In this document: positions 51,356-64,000 of the stretch, piece by piece
Layout: the number at the start of each line of letters is the position of its first letter
How positions within the stretch are numbered: the first letter of the stretch is position 1
NCBI GenBank assembly: GCA_003971905.1
Contig: RSEE01000021.1
Location: 186,001-250,000 of the forward strand
Direction: 5' to 3'
Length of the DNA: 64,000 nt
Source: Moniliella sp. 'wahieum'
Taxonomy: Eukaryota
Notes under the pieces: generated by a model
The model's input: only the letters and a program-made list of their open reading frames with translations
What the model was told of the DNA's origin: nothing
The model's database searches: none
Position numbers and translations under genes: made by a program

Positions 51356-54300
51356 TCAGACTGTGCCAATCATGGGTCAGTAAACGAGGCCATCCGATAG
51401 CATCCGTTTCAAGTGGGGAGAATATACGCACAAGAGAACATGCCCCCGCCACGGATACGACGGCCACCAACGCTCCATGCGATCATCGTGGCAGCAAAGA
51501 GGCCAACACTGAGGCCCAGGGCGACAGACAAAAGAGTCTCTGCCACCTGGAAGCCCGAGGAAACAGCTTGGTTGCCTGTAGTGGTACTATTGGTGTTGGC
51601 ATAGTCGGCCAAACCTCCCTGAGCAGACCAGCCGCTGGGAAGGAGATAAAGAATGCCAGGGACCGCAACCACATAGGAGCGACCGTCAAAGATAAACCCA
51701 TACACGGAAGAAGCCGTGCCAATGGCCAGGCTAGCAAGCATGGCGGTAAAGTCGGAGCGGTGCTTAAGCGACGCGCGCTTGCTTGAAAATTTGTTCACAC
51801 ACCACCCCCCAATGGAGATCAGAACCATCACATAGAACTCTTTGCGCGTTGGCTTGGCCGAATTGCGAAGAGCCATACAGATGGAGTAGGCGGGACGGTG
51901 AGGAAAGCCCATTTCATCGAAATCGCATGGAAGTACCATTCGGGGCGGGAGCGAATCATGTCGCACGCGTGCGGTTTGACTGGCATCAATAATCTTGCCA
52001 GACAAGAATGTCCAAGTCGCGCGCCCACCGACAGGCCAAATCCTAAAAACAAACTGTACAGCACAGCGTACACCAGCCGTACCGAGCCCGAAATGATGGA
52101 CTTGCTCTGCAGCTCCAGCGAGCCTTGCAAGAACATCATGCCAGGTAGGATGAGCACAATCGAAGCCGGCGTGACCGCAGCATAGCAAAGTACGAGCTGC
52201 CATTCTGGAATGCAACCGCTCCAATAAACGAGTTGATTCCAGCGAAGCAGATTTCGAACACGTTGGAGAAAACCTCAGCCGTGATCGTTGACTGGGCGAA
52301 CACAGCAAGCCCCGAGAGGTGCAGCGAGAAGACAATCGACAAAACTTCCATTGAAACCCATGGGCCCCGCACAGATCATTGCACTGCAAAGAGCACCAAT
52401 AACCACTGTCCAGAAACGATTAATCACGGCTTGCGGCGCATCAGCTCATCAAGTGCTTGCTCGCCTCTTCAACCCCGACTTTGTCATGGATAACATTCCA
52501 GTAGATGGAATGCATGTCCGTGAGCTTAGCTGAAAAAGGCAGGGAGTCAGTACGTCTGGACACCAACACGATGATATTGAAGGACGACCAACGAGAGACG
52601 TACAGAGATCCTGCGCACTGGGCTGTTTGATGAAACGTGTCGGACGTGTGTGTCAGATCATCCCCGAACGAAAGGAGCATAAGCGAGGGGAAGTAGATGC
52701 AGCGGCACGTATATCGAGGATGCGAGCCGTGTACTGAACCGTCGCCTCAATGCGGTGCGTGGGAGCGCCAAACATCATAAGTGCGCGACAGAGCTTGAGC
52801 AAGAATTCTTGCCGCTGCAAAATGGCCGCGACATGCAGCGTGATCTGCATTGGCGAAGGGCGAGTCAGTGGGGGTCCACCTCGGTAACGTAGCAGGGACG
52901 AAGAGGAGAGGCGTAGGGTGAAGCTGAAGTAGGGGGTAAAGGGGGGGGGATACGCACGTAGATTTCCTGTTCTTCTGCCGCTTCGCGCGTCTGCGCACCT
53001 TGCGCTGCCACTCGGCCTTGTCTGACTGGCCTTACGGTCGTGCGAAAGAGGGCCAAAGTAGTCACCTCCTTCCGACATGGCATCAGGCGTATTGCACTAG
53101 AATGGGAGCGGTGAGTGAGATGCGAGACAGGCTTGGAGATCGCATGGCTGGCCTGGCTTAGCACAGACCGCTTTGCGTAGAATCGCCAAAGCTGCTCATC
53201 GACATGTCGCGCTTGCCTGCCATTGAGGGGGGGCTTCGCGTGCCATCCATCAAGGTAGGTGAGCTGACGGCAAATAGTTGAGTACCACCTGGCGTTAGTG
53301 TGCCGCTGCCGCCAGGTACAGCCGCCCCGACCGCCACGCTGAAACCGTAGCAGCAGCAGACGACCGAGATCTCTTTTGTTGTGTGTTGGACCGCTAGCGT
53401 CAGCCAAGATCTTGGCTGTGCGGCGGGCGTCTTGGCATTCATTTCAGGCAGCAGATACCGATCCAAAGTGAACCAGGGCGGAACGGATTGGGGCCCAACT
53501 GCGCTTGCGCTGGGGACACTGCTCCTACCAAGTTGCCTGTGGTGGCTATCAAAGCACCAGCGACACCAGCAGACGAACGTGCGGCGCGAGGGAGCTCGTC
53601 AAAGTCATAATCTACCCCGACGTCTTGCGCAATGTGCGTGAGCCCTCGTCTGGCCACCTTGCTGACCTTGCCCACATCGAGCGCGAGACGGGAGCATAAG
53701 ATAGAGCCGATGAGCCATGTTCAAGGGCTGCTTGGCGTACCGCGAGACACTATGCCCCCGGCTTCCCCCATCCCCGAGCTGCTCGCTGGCCTGCTATCCA
53801 TCTCGCTGGGGGGGAGAGAGGAGGAAGGGTGGCCGTCCCTGGACTGAGCCTGCTCGCGCTGCTGCTGTTCGTACAGCATGAGTAGGTTCCCGAGACACCC
53901 CCAGATTGAGGGAGGCGAGAGTCCATGCGATCCGGGGGGCCCTCAATATCTGAGGAACTGTCGTTCCCGCCCTGTCCGCCCAACCCCCATCATGACGCGG
54001 TGAGAATTGACGAGGCGTGCAGCCTGTCGTTCGTATCGCGAAGGCCGCGCTTTGAAGTCGCCGCCGCGCATACCAGTCTGAGTACGAACAGGAACAGACT
54101 TGGTATTGGTGGGTCCTTCGCCCTTTTCCACGTCCAGATCATTCTCGTCCTCTCATCGTCACCAACGTGACGCTTCAAGAAGAGGGTGGCACGTCGCAAG
54201 AGATTGCCCTCCTCTTGCGGGTCTTTTTAACCGGCATTGGCATCCCGTCCACTTCGCCCGAGATCATGGGAACATGATCAAAATCCGAGTCGTTCGGTCG

Positions 54301-55037
54301 GGTTGTAGCTACAGGTGTGCTGCTCCCCGAGGGTGGCGCGGGAGGAGCAAAATCTTGAGAGTGCTCGTCCGTGTCAGCATTGGAGACTGCATCAGGCCCC
54401 TTGTCCTGGACCTGCTGAAGATGATCCTGCAAAGCCACGATGACCTCACCATCGAGCCCGCGATCATTGAGCTGCTGCACCGTCATGCCCTCCAGCGGGC
54501 CCGAAGCCACAGTCTTTTCTTCTGGTTGCTCTTCGGCGGGAACGGACTTCTCAACCTGGGTCTCACCCGAGCTGGAGCGTTCCTTCTCATCCAGGTGTCC
54601 GTGCGAAGGGGAGGAGGTGTACCCCAGCGTACCGGCGATGGGAGTAGAAGGGTGGGCATAGCCGGGGATGCGCTGTTCCAGATGAAGCGGGCCGGGATGG
54701 TTGGCACGACGCATGCCCCCACTGGGCGTGGAAGGAGACGGCGTGTCGACCCAACCGCGCATGGTCACCGTGGGGCCAGCGTGGTGGGAGGTGACCGGCA
54801 GGGTTGCGTCACCAGTGGTGTGGGCGCCGAAGCGCACGCGGCGTGCTTCGGCGGCATCGGCATCGGCGGGGGGATCAGCACTACCACCACCACCAGTGGC
54901 AGGCGGGCAGCGTGCAGAGACGCTGGATCCGGTTGCCCCAGCATGCCCGGAGACGCGTGGAGGTTCGGGGAAGAGGAACTCATCGACCGGTGGTGGTGGA
55001 GAGGGGAGGGGGACGTGGAGAGGGCGGGAGAAGACAT
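51356..55037 (-). CDS. PRM10: Pheromone-regulated membrane protein 10 (DUF1212/ThrE family); start approximate
   Basis: EIY|ITLHVAAILQRQEFLLKLCRALMMFGAPTHRIE (intron 52845..52957), ILPGMMFLQGSLELQSKSIISGSVRLVYAVLYSLFLGFGL, VPGILYLLPSG and LGLSVGLFAA. Last intron 51361..51431 gives the end GGGMFSF*. Confidence 0.9.
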
Positions 55038-58000
55038 AAGAGGAGCGGCACCGAGTGGCTGGGTCTTGGCGTTGTTGACGCTTGCGAAGGCTGCCGCTGC
55101 TTCTGCCCGAAGCGATGCCTCGCCGAGCGCGCCCTAGGAACGCCCCGGCATGGGAGCCGTCGGCTACGAATGATCGATGAGCGGTGTGCGATGATCGAGC
55201 AGATGAACGCAGCGATGCCGAGTACGTGGAACGCATTATAGGAGCGTTTAGGCGTTTAGACGTTTAGGACGCTTAGAACGTCGCTACTCAGACTGCCTGC
55301 GTTGCTTGGATGCACACACCCATCATGCATGCACCATGCATGCACCCTGCGTCTGCGGCTCCAAATCAGGGGGGAGCGGATGTGGAGCAGGCCGGGCAGT
55401 GGCCCAGTGTTCGTCGTGCCCGAGCCCACCCGTCGGCCACATCACCAACAATACGTCATTCAATATGGATCATCGATCATCGCCACCGACCACCCATCAT
55501 CAATCACGCGTCACATGTCACCCAGGCCGACCACTTGGCCAGCGCCAGGCGCCATACACCACACGCCCTGCATCTGCATCGCATGCGCCGGTAGGCGTAG
55601 TAGGCGTTTTTTAGCGCTTAGCGCTTGCGGCGCATCGCGGCCGTCCCCTGCCGTCCCATCGGCTGCCACAGGCCACCTTGTACTACTCGCCGACGCCGTG
55701 GATCCCCAAGCTTTGCGTCTGGGAGAACCCTGTCCTCCAACGAGCCGCCCAACTTGTGCAACATCTGCGCTGCAGCCAATGTGGAAAATTTGATGCGAAC
55801 GAGGAAAGGCGGACACGGCGAAGACGAGGACAGGCAGACAGGCACACTATCAACCCATGGCCATCAATGCCATTGCATTGTTACACATGTTGTACACGAA
55901 CGCTACACGCTGTCGCCGCTGCAACTACTTCAATCGTTGGAGCAGTGACGCGACGTGTGATGCGTGACGTCAGCGTCAGGCCCTCTGAGATCGGAGGGCG
56001 CTGGTGCGCTGATGCAGGCCTTCGTCCTTAGGGCGCCTTGGCCTTAAGGCCCAAGGAGCTTAAAACTGTATGGTTCGTTCTCCTGTAGCGGTGCAACATG
56101 CTGCATTCGTCTTCTGCGCCACTCACATGCATCACAACTCACATCCAAGATCGTCCGCGCGATCGACCTAAACGCAGCAGAACGCTCCTGGCCGAAGAAG
56201 CAGCGGGAAAGCAGAACCTTGGCATATCACGCTGTTGCTGCAAGCTTCAAGCTTCACAACTAAGGATCTCCAGATCTCTCTGAATCTCAGATCTCACCGG
56301 TCGCCGACGCTCGCTGCCACATGACACATGTCACTGTGTCACTGTGTCACACGTCACAATCTGTCAGGCGCTCGCGGGGGTCTCACAGATCTCACATGTC
56401 ATGCATGTCACACCGTGTCGCACACATTCAATCGTTTTCCATTGCCTGCGTACAAGCACGCCAAGCTTTTGAAGCTTGGAGCCTGAAGCTTTAATATCTT
56501 CAAATCCCAAGGCCACCTTGGTTCCTCTCCTCGACACGGTTATAGCTACCAGAACTCAGGCCTCAGGCTGTGGGGCATCACCAGCGTCACGCGTGACTAG
56601 GTCACTACACCACCCTACTCGCGACACCATCTTTTTCCCTTCCACCTTCCACCCGTCTGATCGGACTCTGCACTCCGCAGATTCTCACGTAGACGTTAGA
56701 CGTCATATTGATCATCGAGCACCGATCACCCTACAACTCTATAGGATGCAAGTGGGTTCCGTACCAATGCCGAATGCGCTCCATCGGCCCACCACCTTGT
56801 ATCAATTTCAATCCACAGAGAGCCACCACATGGACATATCATCGACCGAACATTAACTTTTGTGCATCCTGCAACGTGTATGGCGTATAACAATCTGTTG
56901 CACTACAGGAGGGGAAAGGGATCCGGCGATAGAAGAGATGGGCCACAGGACAGGGGAGGGCTAGTAGAAACCTCATGTCGGCCTTTTGGGAAAAAACTGA
57001 AAAAAAACGAAGTCGAGGAAAAGAGCCAAGACATGAGTGTCTGTCTCGTTTGTTGTCGTATACATACTGTGGTGTCCAGCGGGAAAGGTTGCTCTGATGG
57101 GTGCCACGCAGCTAGCGCTCAGGTGCTCGGGCCGCTCAGGCGCCATTCTGCATGTGGTATGTACATGTAACAAGGGCATACTATGTATCGTGCGTTTCCT
57201 GTTGAGCTCATCTGTGATGATCGATGATCACGCATACCATACGTGTCTTGCTACTGTGTCGTGGTCGGCGCGGCCGGCATCATGCGTCAGCGTGTCAGCT
57301 GTAATTTTTCAACTCGCCACAACGAGAGCGAGGTTTTGTCTCGGCCACACCGGCTCTGGGATCTCCTGGCCTGTAATATACACAGTCAATCCACACACGT
57401 GTTACAGGTGATAGGTCTCTTCCTCCCTTTGCCTTGGAATCCATATCCTTGGCAAAGCTCGTCCATCATAGCTCGCAACACCGAAGTACATAGCGAGACA
57501 TCTGAGATGTATGACACGCTGGCAGCCCCAGCAGGCCTAAATGACCTCCGGTTCCCTTGCTTGCTCGTTGCTCAGGCTGAGCGCGGAGCAACCGCCGGTG
57601 GCTCGTGCGCTTGGCTCCCATTATGCATTAAGGCCCTTTCAGTCCCTCCTCACTGTGGGAGGTCTAGGAGATGTAGGCTATTTTCTTGCTTGTTGTCATC
57701 TCTGTTCCATAGCCCTGCCCGGGGGCGACTAGCTACTTGGAGCTTGAGATGTCCCTCTGTAGGTGTTGTGGTTAGCTGAGACCACCACCACCAACACCAC
57801 CACCACTAGTACGATTTCACCCTCTTCGAGAGTCATTCCCATCACGCACGACGTTCAAACGTTGACTAGGGTGTCGCCGGGCGTGCATTACGGCCTGGTC
57901 TAGGCCCAGTTCCTTCGTCTGCTGGGTCCATACAGACTGCCAGTAGCTTGCCCTTCCACACGCCGCCAATAGTCTACCGACGGCTCATACAAAGTCCACC

Positions 58001-58362
58001 AATAGCTGACTTGTATACTGACAACTGATCATGACGTCCTTCCGTCCGCCGGGGCGCCGATAAACACGACATCCATCACTGCCCTCCATATGCCCCAGGA
58101 CTCAGGACTTAGGAATCCGCGTAATGATTAGGGAGGCAACAATGGAGTCGTGGTCGGGGATAAAAAAACAAAATGGTATGCAATACATCTGCAACATCAA
58201 TTCTCGAAATCTCCATGTTGAAGCTCCGAATGGGGCTGGTGCGCTGAAGCACTGGCTGCACCAGCTGCACTAGACACGCACGCGTCACACGATGTAACCC
58301 GTAGATGATCGAGATGAATGATGAATGACCGAATCTCAGAGAATGGTTTAGGATTGGGCGCA

Positions 58363-59306
58363 TCACGGAGCAAAGACAGACTCCATCTCCTTGATGACAC
58401 TGGGCCATTTTGCCACGGGAACAGCCACCACCCGTCCAAAGAGGGGCGTGTTGAATTGCTGATCCGCATCTGGAGGAGAAGGGAAGGGGAAGTTGAAGGC
58501 GGAGGTGGCGTACTGGGCAAGGGAGGTTTTGTCAGTAAACGCCGCTTACCGGTGTGGGGTGAGGGGATGGGGGAGAAGGAAAAGGCAACGCACTTTCGTC
58601 AAGACAGTGTCTTCAGGATGGAACATGCCCATGTCATCGTCGGCGATGTCTGAAGTGGAGCGCTTGCCAGCATTTACCGGGTGGGTCTTGCGCCGACGCT
58701 TCGATGGCTCATCGTCCACCTCCATATCATCGTCAGGCAGTGACGAGTTGGCAAACACGCGGCTAAAGATGAGGTAATGAGATGGACGAGGAGTGCCCTC
58801 GCGGTAGGCTGCTTCGAGCTCCTCGTTCAGCAGGCGGTACAGTGGTGCAGCCACTTGAGGAGGAAGATTGATCAAACGTTCATGCAAAAGCAGCATCGGT
58901 GGTGTCCGGCCTGAGCCAGAAGCAGATCCCGAATCGGATGAGGGGAAGGGACCTTGTCGAGGAGCAGCTTGTGCAGGTCGCGAGCGGGCACGGGCGCGGC
59001 TGAGTCGGCAGTGAGGGAGAGCGGGCTAATGACGGCAAAAGGGTCGTTATCCACATCGTCCACCACCTTGATCACCGTTCCCAATCCGTTTTGCGCCCCG
59101 TTGGTGATGACAAGGTCGGCGAGGGCATCGACATCGACGCGCGGGGCCAAGGTGTGGAAGAGCTGGATGAAGAGGCGTTTGAGTGCAATGTAGTCGATCT
59201 CGTCCGGACTAGTAAAGTCAAAGTCGACATTGATCATGTCAACGTCTCCGTCACTGTCGGAAGCGTCGCCGGACGCATCCGCCTTGCGCTTGGGCTGGGC
59301 AGACAT
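58363..59306 (-). CDS. BCP1: Bcp1/BCCIP 60S biogenesis and export factor
   Basis: INVDFDF..PDEIDYIALKRLFIQLF, LGTVIKV, DPFAVIS, LLLHERLINLPPQVAAPLYRLL.EE and GMFHPED. Intron 58513..58593. Confidence 0.92.
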
Positions 59307-59529
59307 GGTGTGGTGGGTTCGGGAGTTGGCGGGGCGCGGGAACTGCAGGAGCGCAGCCAGTTCCCCTGGCTGGATAGCTGGACAAAAAAAGTTGGATCGG
59401 TGCAACGCGTTGATGCCGAAGCGCGGAAGGATTGAAATTTGGAATTTGGGTTTAGGCCTCGCGTCCAACAGAAGACACGGGTGGGACTTGCGATGCATGA
59501 TGACGCGGAGGGTCGATGGCGGTGTACTC

Positions 59530-59630
59530 TGCATCCATATCATTCAGAGAGCTCAAGGCTGGGACAGGGAAACGCTACGCCGAAACCAACCCGTTCATCT
59601 TGTGTGTGCTGTTGGGTAGCGCCACCCCAG
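59530..59630 (-). mobile_element. Short 3'-UTR fragment of the same non-LTR family, copy D
   Basis: gctcaaggctgggacaggga-aacgctacg..ccgttcatcttg..gcgccac aligns by eye with 40350-40428 (gcttaaggctgggacaggg..aacgctacg..ccgttcatcttg..gcgccac). Confidence 0.6.
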
Positions 59631-60321
59631 CTTACACGTATTGCCGTGTTCAACAACGCAAGTGACTATGGCCACTGGTATCTTAGCCTACGCGGATCCT
59701 TGGCAATGCCCACCCCAAGCAGCAGACACGCGACGGGGGGCTTCCTTCATCTGCTGGTTCGGGTGGAAGGAGACAGTCGCCACCACTGCTGCTGCCACCG
59801 CCGTCGCGTTGGTCCTCGTCCCCGCTGTCGGCTGCCTCCTCCATACGCGTATCGATCGGCGTTAGCAAAAGCTACCTACGCTCACATTCGCTTCGCCCCA
59901 ACAAGACGCATCCCAGGCCATCCTTCGGTTTTGCGCCGGACCAGACTGCCATTCCAGCAGTGCGCAGCCAATACCTGCCCACTCTGTTTGACCAACCCTG
60001 TGGCCAGCTTTTGCCCATGTTGTTCTGTGTGGTGCTCTTCTGTAACGCCTTTATTCCCTGTATTGTTCGCATAACGCCCTCTCTCCTAATCTGGACGTTT
60101 ACTTTCGGCCTAGCGAGGGAAGACCTACACGCCATCCTGATTCCGTTCGCACAAAAAAGTCTCCACAATGCATCACATCCACAGATTGTCCTTCGTCACA
60201 CTCACTCTAAGAGGAATACATCTAAACACAGGGTGATGCTAGTGGAGGGCCATTGGAGATCGGGAAACCATTCATCGGATTGTACTGAAAGAAACAAGCA
60301 AAACTACGACGTGTGTGATGT

Positions 60322-62119
60322 TCAGATCAAACCAGCAACTGGGTCTTGCTTAGCTGCTGCCGCATCTTCTCCACCGGCGTCGGGCTCGTACGGGCCACAG
60401 TGATGGGCCGCAAACGGGGAGCTAACAGCTCCTCCGACTCGGTTGGGTTCACCAACCCCAGCGCTGATGCGCCAAACTCCCAGATCATCAACTGGCTGGA
60501 CTGGGGAGCTAGGCGATCCGGCGCCGAGGGCGCACCACGGAGTGTGCCCAACAAGTAGGCCGACGTGGATGTCAAAACCGCTTGTCCGGACCAATCCTGG
60601 TGTGCAGCCATGGCATTCACTACCGGGCGCATTTGCATCTCGTACGCGTCTTGGTGCCGTGCTCGAGCTCAGCCCCTGCCCAAAGGTCCCACACCCGAAC
60701 AGGTCGGCCCGCGTTGAGGGACAGGAGGAACGGGGCAGTTTGCGTGACCCAGAGAGCACGCGACGAGTTCAACTGCACCCTACTTCCGAGTTGCGGAAGG
60801 CCCATGGAAGCTCCGACCAGAGCCTTTGCCCGTACTTTTACGCGCAGAAGGAAGCACAAGCACCGTTGCTGTCCCCTCCAGGGACGAGGGCAGAAGAACC
60901 AGCGCTTTTCCGGAGGACAGGGCAAGTGTGGTCCGTCACTTTCGATATGGAAGATCATTTTCTTGTTCGTAATTCATGTTAGCCCTCATCATCAATACAA
61001 CAACAACGGAAGCACGTACTTTTCCAATTACATCCGTGGCAGAGGCAGTCAGGCTCGAGGTTCGCTTCGCGCAGCGTGGCTGGGCCATCCTGTTGCAAGG
61101 GTGACTGGGTCCAGACGAATCTCCAGGACAGGTGCCCCTTCCAAGGCATGGCCCAAACGCCACTTTTCTTGGCGGTAGACAGGTCGATCGCAACCACGTC
61201 GCCAGGGATGGAGACGAACACGGACTTGCCGTCAAAGTGAAAAGGAGCAAATGCGCCCGAGACTGTTTCTTGCACGTCGGAGGGCAACGGTGTAACCGAA
61301 ACCAAGGTTTGCGTGTCTGGGTTGACCAAAGCGACTGTGCCGTCACGGCGAAGAATAGCGAGCACTCCCTCGGCGAAAGAAAGGGGAAGATGATCGTCAA
61401 GGAGTCCACGATCGGAACCAGCAATTGTCTTGTTGTTCACCTGGCCCACCCGCACATAGTGCCCCCGCTCAGGAGCACGCTTCCACACGTCAATGTAGCA
61501 TTCAAACGTGGACACACATCTGTTTGCAGAGGCCGGGCATGCCATTTGTTAGTTTCAGAGACGGTAGAAAACAAAGGGAAACAACAAGTCTACGCACCAA
61601 TTCGCTGAGCAAAAATGTACTCGTCTTGAACCACACGCAAGGGTTGAGAGCCTACAGGTGCCGGGAGGCCCCAAAGGAACTGGCCCCAATGGCCTGGTCG
61701 TAGATCAAGGGCCCACAGTGTGCCTGCACGATTGCGGACGATGGCAAGGCCGTCAGGAAGAATGCTGACTTGGGTCTCACTCTGGCTGGTGCGCTGCATC
61801 AACGCATCGTACTCTTCCGGGTCACGGATGGGTGGGGGCCCTTGCCCTTGGTGGGTAGAAGTGAAAGCACAGGATAGGCAAGAGGGCCATCCGTCTGCCC
61901 AAACGCTTCTTGCGTCGCCACATACCGCTGGACCAACTCATGCCAGCTTTGCACCGAGGCATACACCCCCGATTCGTCGGCAAGAGAGGCGAGGGCATCG
62001 GCCAAGGTGGGGCCGTGCAGGCCAAGGGACGCGGCAACGTCGGCCCAGTCCGAACGGGCAGCCGACTGGGGGCTGGAAAGGGCCGCCTGGGCGAGTTGGA
62101 GGGACGCGTTGAAGGACAT
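60322..62119 (-). CDS. Hypothetical protein, helical N-terminus plus probable beta-propeller-like repeats
   Basis: Chained ORFs 61799..62119, 61590..61802, 60979..61545, 60620..60958 and 60322..60759 with short beta-strand segments (GTLWALDL, YIDVWK, GTVALVN, GDVVAIDL) and intron-like breaks. Confidence 0.6.
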
Positions 62120-63174
62120 GGCAGCACAGAGGTGTATGGGAGGGAGAGGTGGGCGCGTCTATCGCGGTAAGTGGGGGAATGCATGTATGTTGGTTCGTCG
62201 GGGGTCGCATATATATATGACTGTGTTGCATGTTCACCACCGGTGCATGCGCCCCAGCATGCTAATCCCAGTCCCCATCGCCGCCGGGCCTTCCACGGAG
62301 ACGGGAGTCGGTGGGATGAACCAAGGAGAGTATGTTGGTGTTGGGCGCGGCGGGCAACCGTGGGGGCGAATGGGCGGTAGGGGCCCGGGGATGTGCGGCG
62401 CGGTCAGCGGGCGGCAGCGCAGTCTGGGGCGCAGCGCTGCGCAGTCTGCACTGGCGCACTGTCACAGACAGGACTAACGTTCAAACGTTCAAATCCCCAT
62501 TGCTTGGCATGGGCGGAACGGAGGCTGGAAGCTGGGGCGGCGGGGCGGAAACGCCGCCGAGGAGAGCTGGGGTGTTTCCACCTTGAAGCTTGAAGCTTGA
62601 TTTACCTTGGTTACAGCGCCGCGCTCGCCGGCCTGCAGTGGGGCGGCTGCGCTCGACCGTCTCCCAGTTGTCTGCCGTGCGCATGCCCGACGTCTTCCTG
62701 CCACACGACGGTACGCGGGCTTGTCGTATGAAGGCAATGCAAACCTGTGGCGGCGTCAGCACTTGGGGAAAGGAGTATGAAGCGCGATGCTTGAAGGCGG
62801 TATGGTCTAACGCTTCTCTTTCAACCCTTTATGCATCCTACACACCACAGAACTACCTCAGTGTTTCCTATCCTCAGTTCACCAGGACAGTGTCGATCTC
62901 GATGCTTGAGAGGATAATGCATAGATAAGGCACACGCACCTTGCCGATAGATCGGTTTCTTATCGAATGTGACAGGAATTAGGTCTGCAGCGGTGTGTTT
63001 GCATCTTGTATGAATTTGTAGTTTTGGCGGTTAGGAGCTTGGCAATTGCGTTCACGTGTAGATTGATCGCGAGGTGGTATTGGCCGTCCATCGAGCAAAG
63101 ATTTGGGCAATAGATAAAAATCCACCGCAAAGCAATAACAAACGCAATAGGGGAACAAAGGTCGTCGTCAAGCT

Positions 63175-64000
63175 TCAAGCCCGTCGCTTCTCCAACTGCT
63201 TTTCAATGATTTCGCCCTCAACCTGACGCTCTTCTTCGCGGCGTTTCTCCTCCTCTTCCTCTGAGTCCTTAACGTCCTCTTCGATACCCACCTCGTGCTG
63301 TGAGGTCCAGAGCGACGAGTAGAGCCCCCCGGAGGCAAGAAGCTGGTCATGTGTGCCCTGCTCTAGCACGGTGCCATCCTTAAGGACAAAGATAATATCG
63401 GCATCCGCGATCGTCTTGAGCCGATGGGCAACAAAGAGCGAGGTACGCCGCTGGGTCAACAATGTTTGTCGGATGGAGCGCATCAACTCTGCCTCAGTTT
63501 GGCTGTCGAGCGCAGAGGTGGCCTCGTCAAAGAAGAGGATTTCGGGATTTTTAAGCAACAAGCGGGCAATTGCCAAACGTTGTTTCTCGCCTCCTGAGAT
63601 CATCAGGCCTCGTTCGCCCACTTGGGTCTCGTACCTTTCCGGAAGCTTTTGCACAATCTCATCCAGCTTGGCCCGACGAGAAGCATCGATAACTTCCTCG
63701 TCCGATGCTTCAAGACGGCCATAGCGGATGTTGTGCATAATGTCGTCATGGAACAAAGGCGTATCTTGGGGCACCACACCAATCGCACGGCGGATCGAGG
63801 CTTGACTCACTTCGCGAATGTCCTGCCCATCAATCGTGATCCGACCCGACTGGGGTTCGTAGAATCGGAAGAGAAGTCGGAAAATGGTTGACTTTCCACA
63901 ACCCGAGGGCCCAACAAAGGCCACCTTGCTCCCTGCGGAATGGTAAACGAAGCGCCCTTGAAGATGGGCCGTTCGGGGTGGTAGCCAAACCAAACATTTT
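63175..64000 (-). CDS. ATM1: Mitochondrial ABC half-transporter Atm1 (C-terminal NBD; gene extends beyond window end)
   Basis: GPSGCGKSTIFRLLFRFY, IGVVPQDTPLF, VGERGLMISGGEKQRLAIARLLLKNPEILFFDEATSALD and FVAHRLKTI. Confidence 0.92.
   Translation of the reverse strand, partial: KCLVWLPPRTAHLQGRFVYHSAGSKVAFVGPSGCGKSTIFRLLFRFYEPQSGRITIDGQDIREVSQASIRRAIGVVPQDTPLFHDDIMHNIRYGRLEASDEEVIDASRRAKLDEIVQKLPERYETQVGERGLMISGGEKQRLAIARLLLKNPEILFFDEATSALDSQTEAELMRSIRQTLLTQRRTSLFVAHRLKTIADADIIFVLKDGTVLEQGTHDQLLASGGLYSSLWTSQHEVGIEEDVKDSEEEEEKRREEERQVEGEIIEKQLEKRRA

Overview
A GC-rich fungal genomic window. Short GT-AG introns with CTRAC branch points and the gene set point to a basidiomycete, probably Ustilaginomycotina (inference). 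It holds about 16 intact-looking genes: a DHA1 MFS transporter, VAMP7-type longin SNARE, NPR2, a LURP-one-like protein, an ACT/GABA permease, a PEX11-family protein, ARF6, CipC, SAM50, a GT32/Och1-like enzyme, a MARVEL protein, PRM10, BCP1, ATM1 and two hypothetical proteins. Most carry scattered 1-nt frameshifts that look like uncorrected long-read errors. Accessory DNA includes four decayed copies of an RLE-type (CRE/Cnl1/MoTeR-like) non-LTR retrotransposon, an intron-retaining RPS20 pseudogene, a tRNA pseudogene and a possible WSC-domain relic. The most striking unexplained signal is a window-wide intergenic repeat grammar: short arrays of a 7-bp unit made of a 6-bp A....T palindrome plus one spacer base, so the junction is always T-N-A. 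Twelve of the 16 possible such palindromes are represented.
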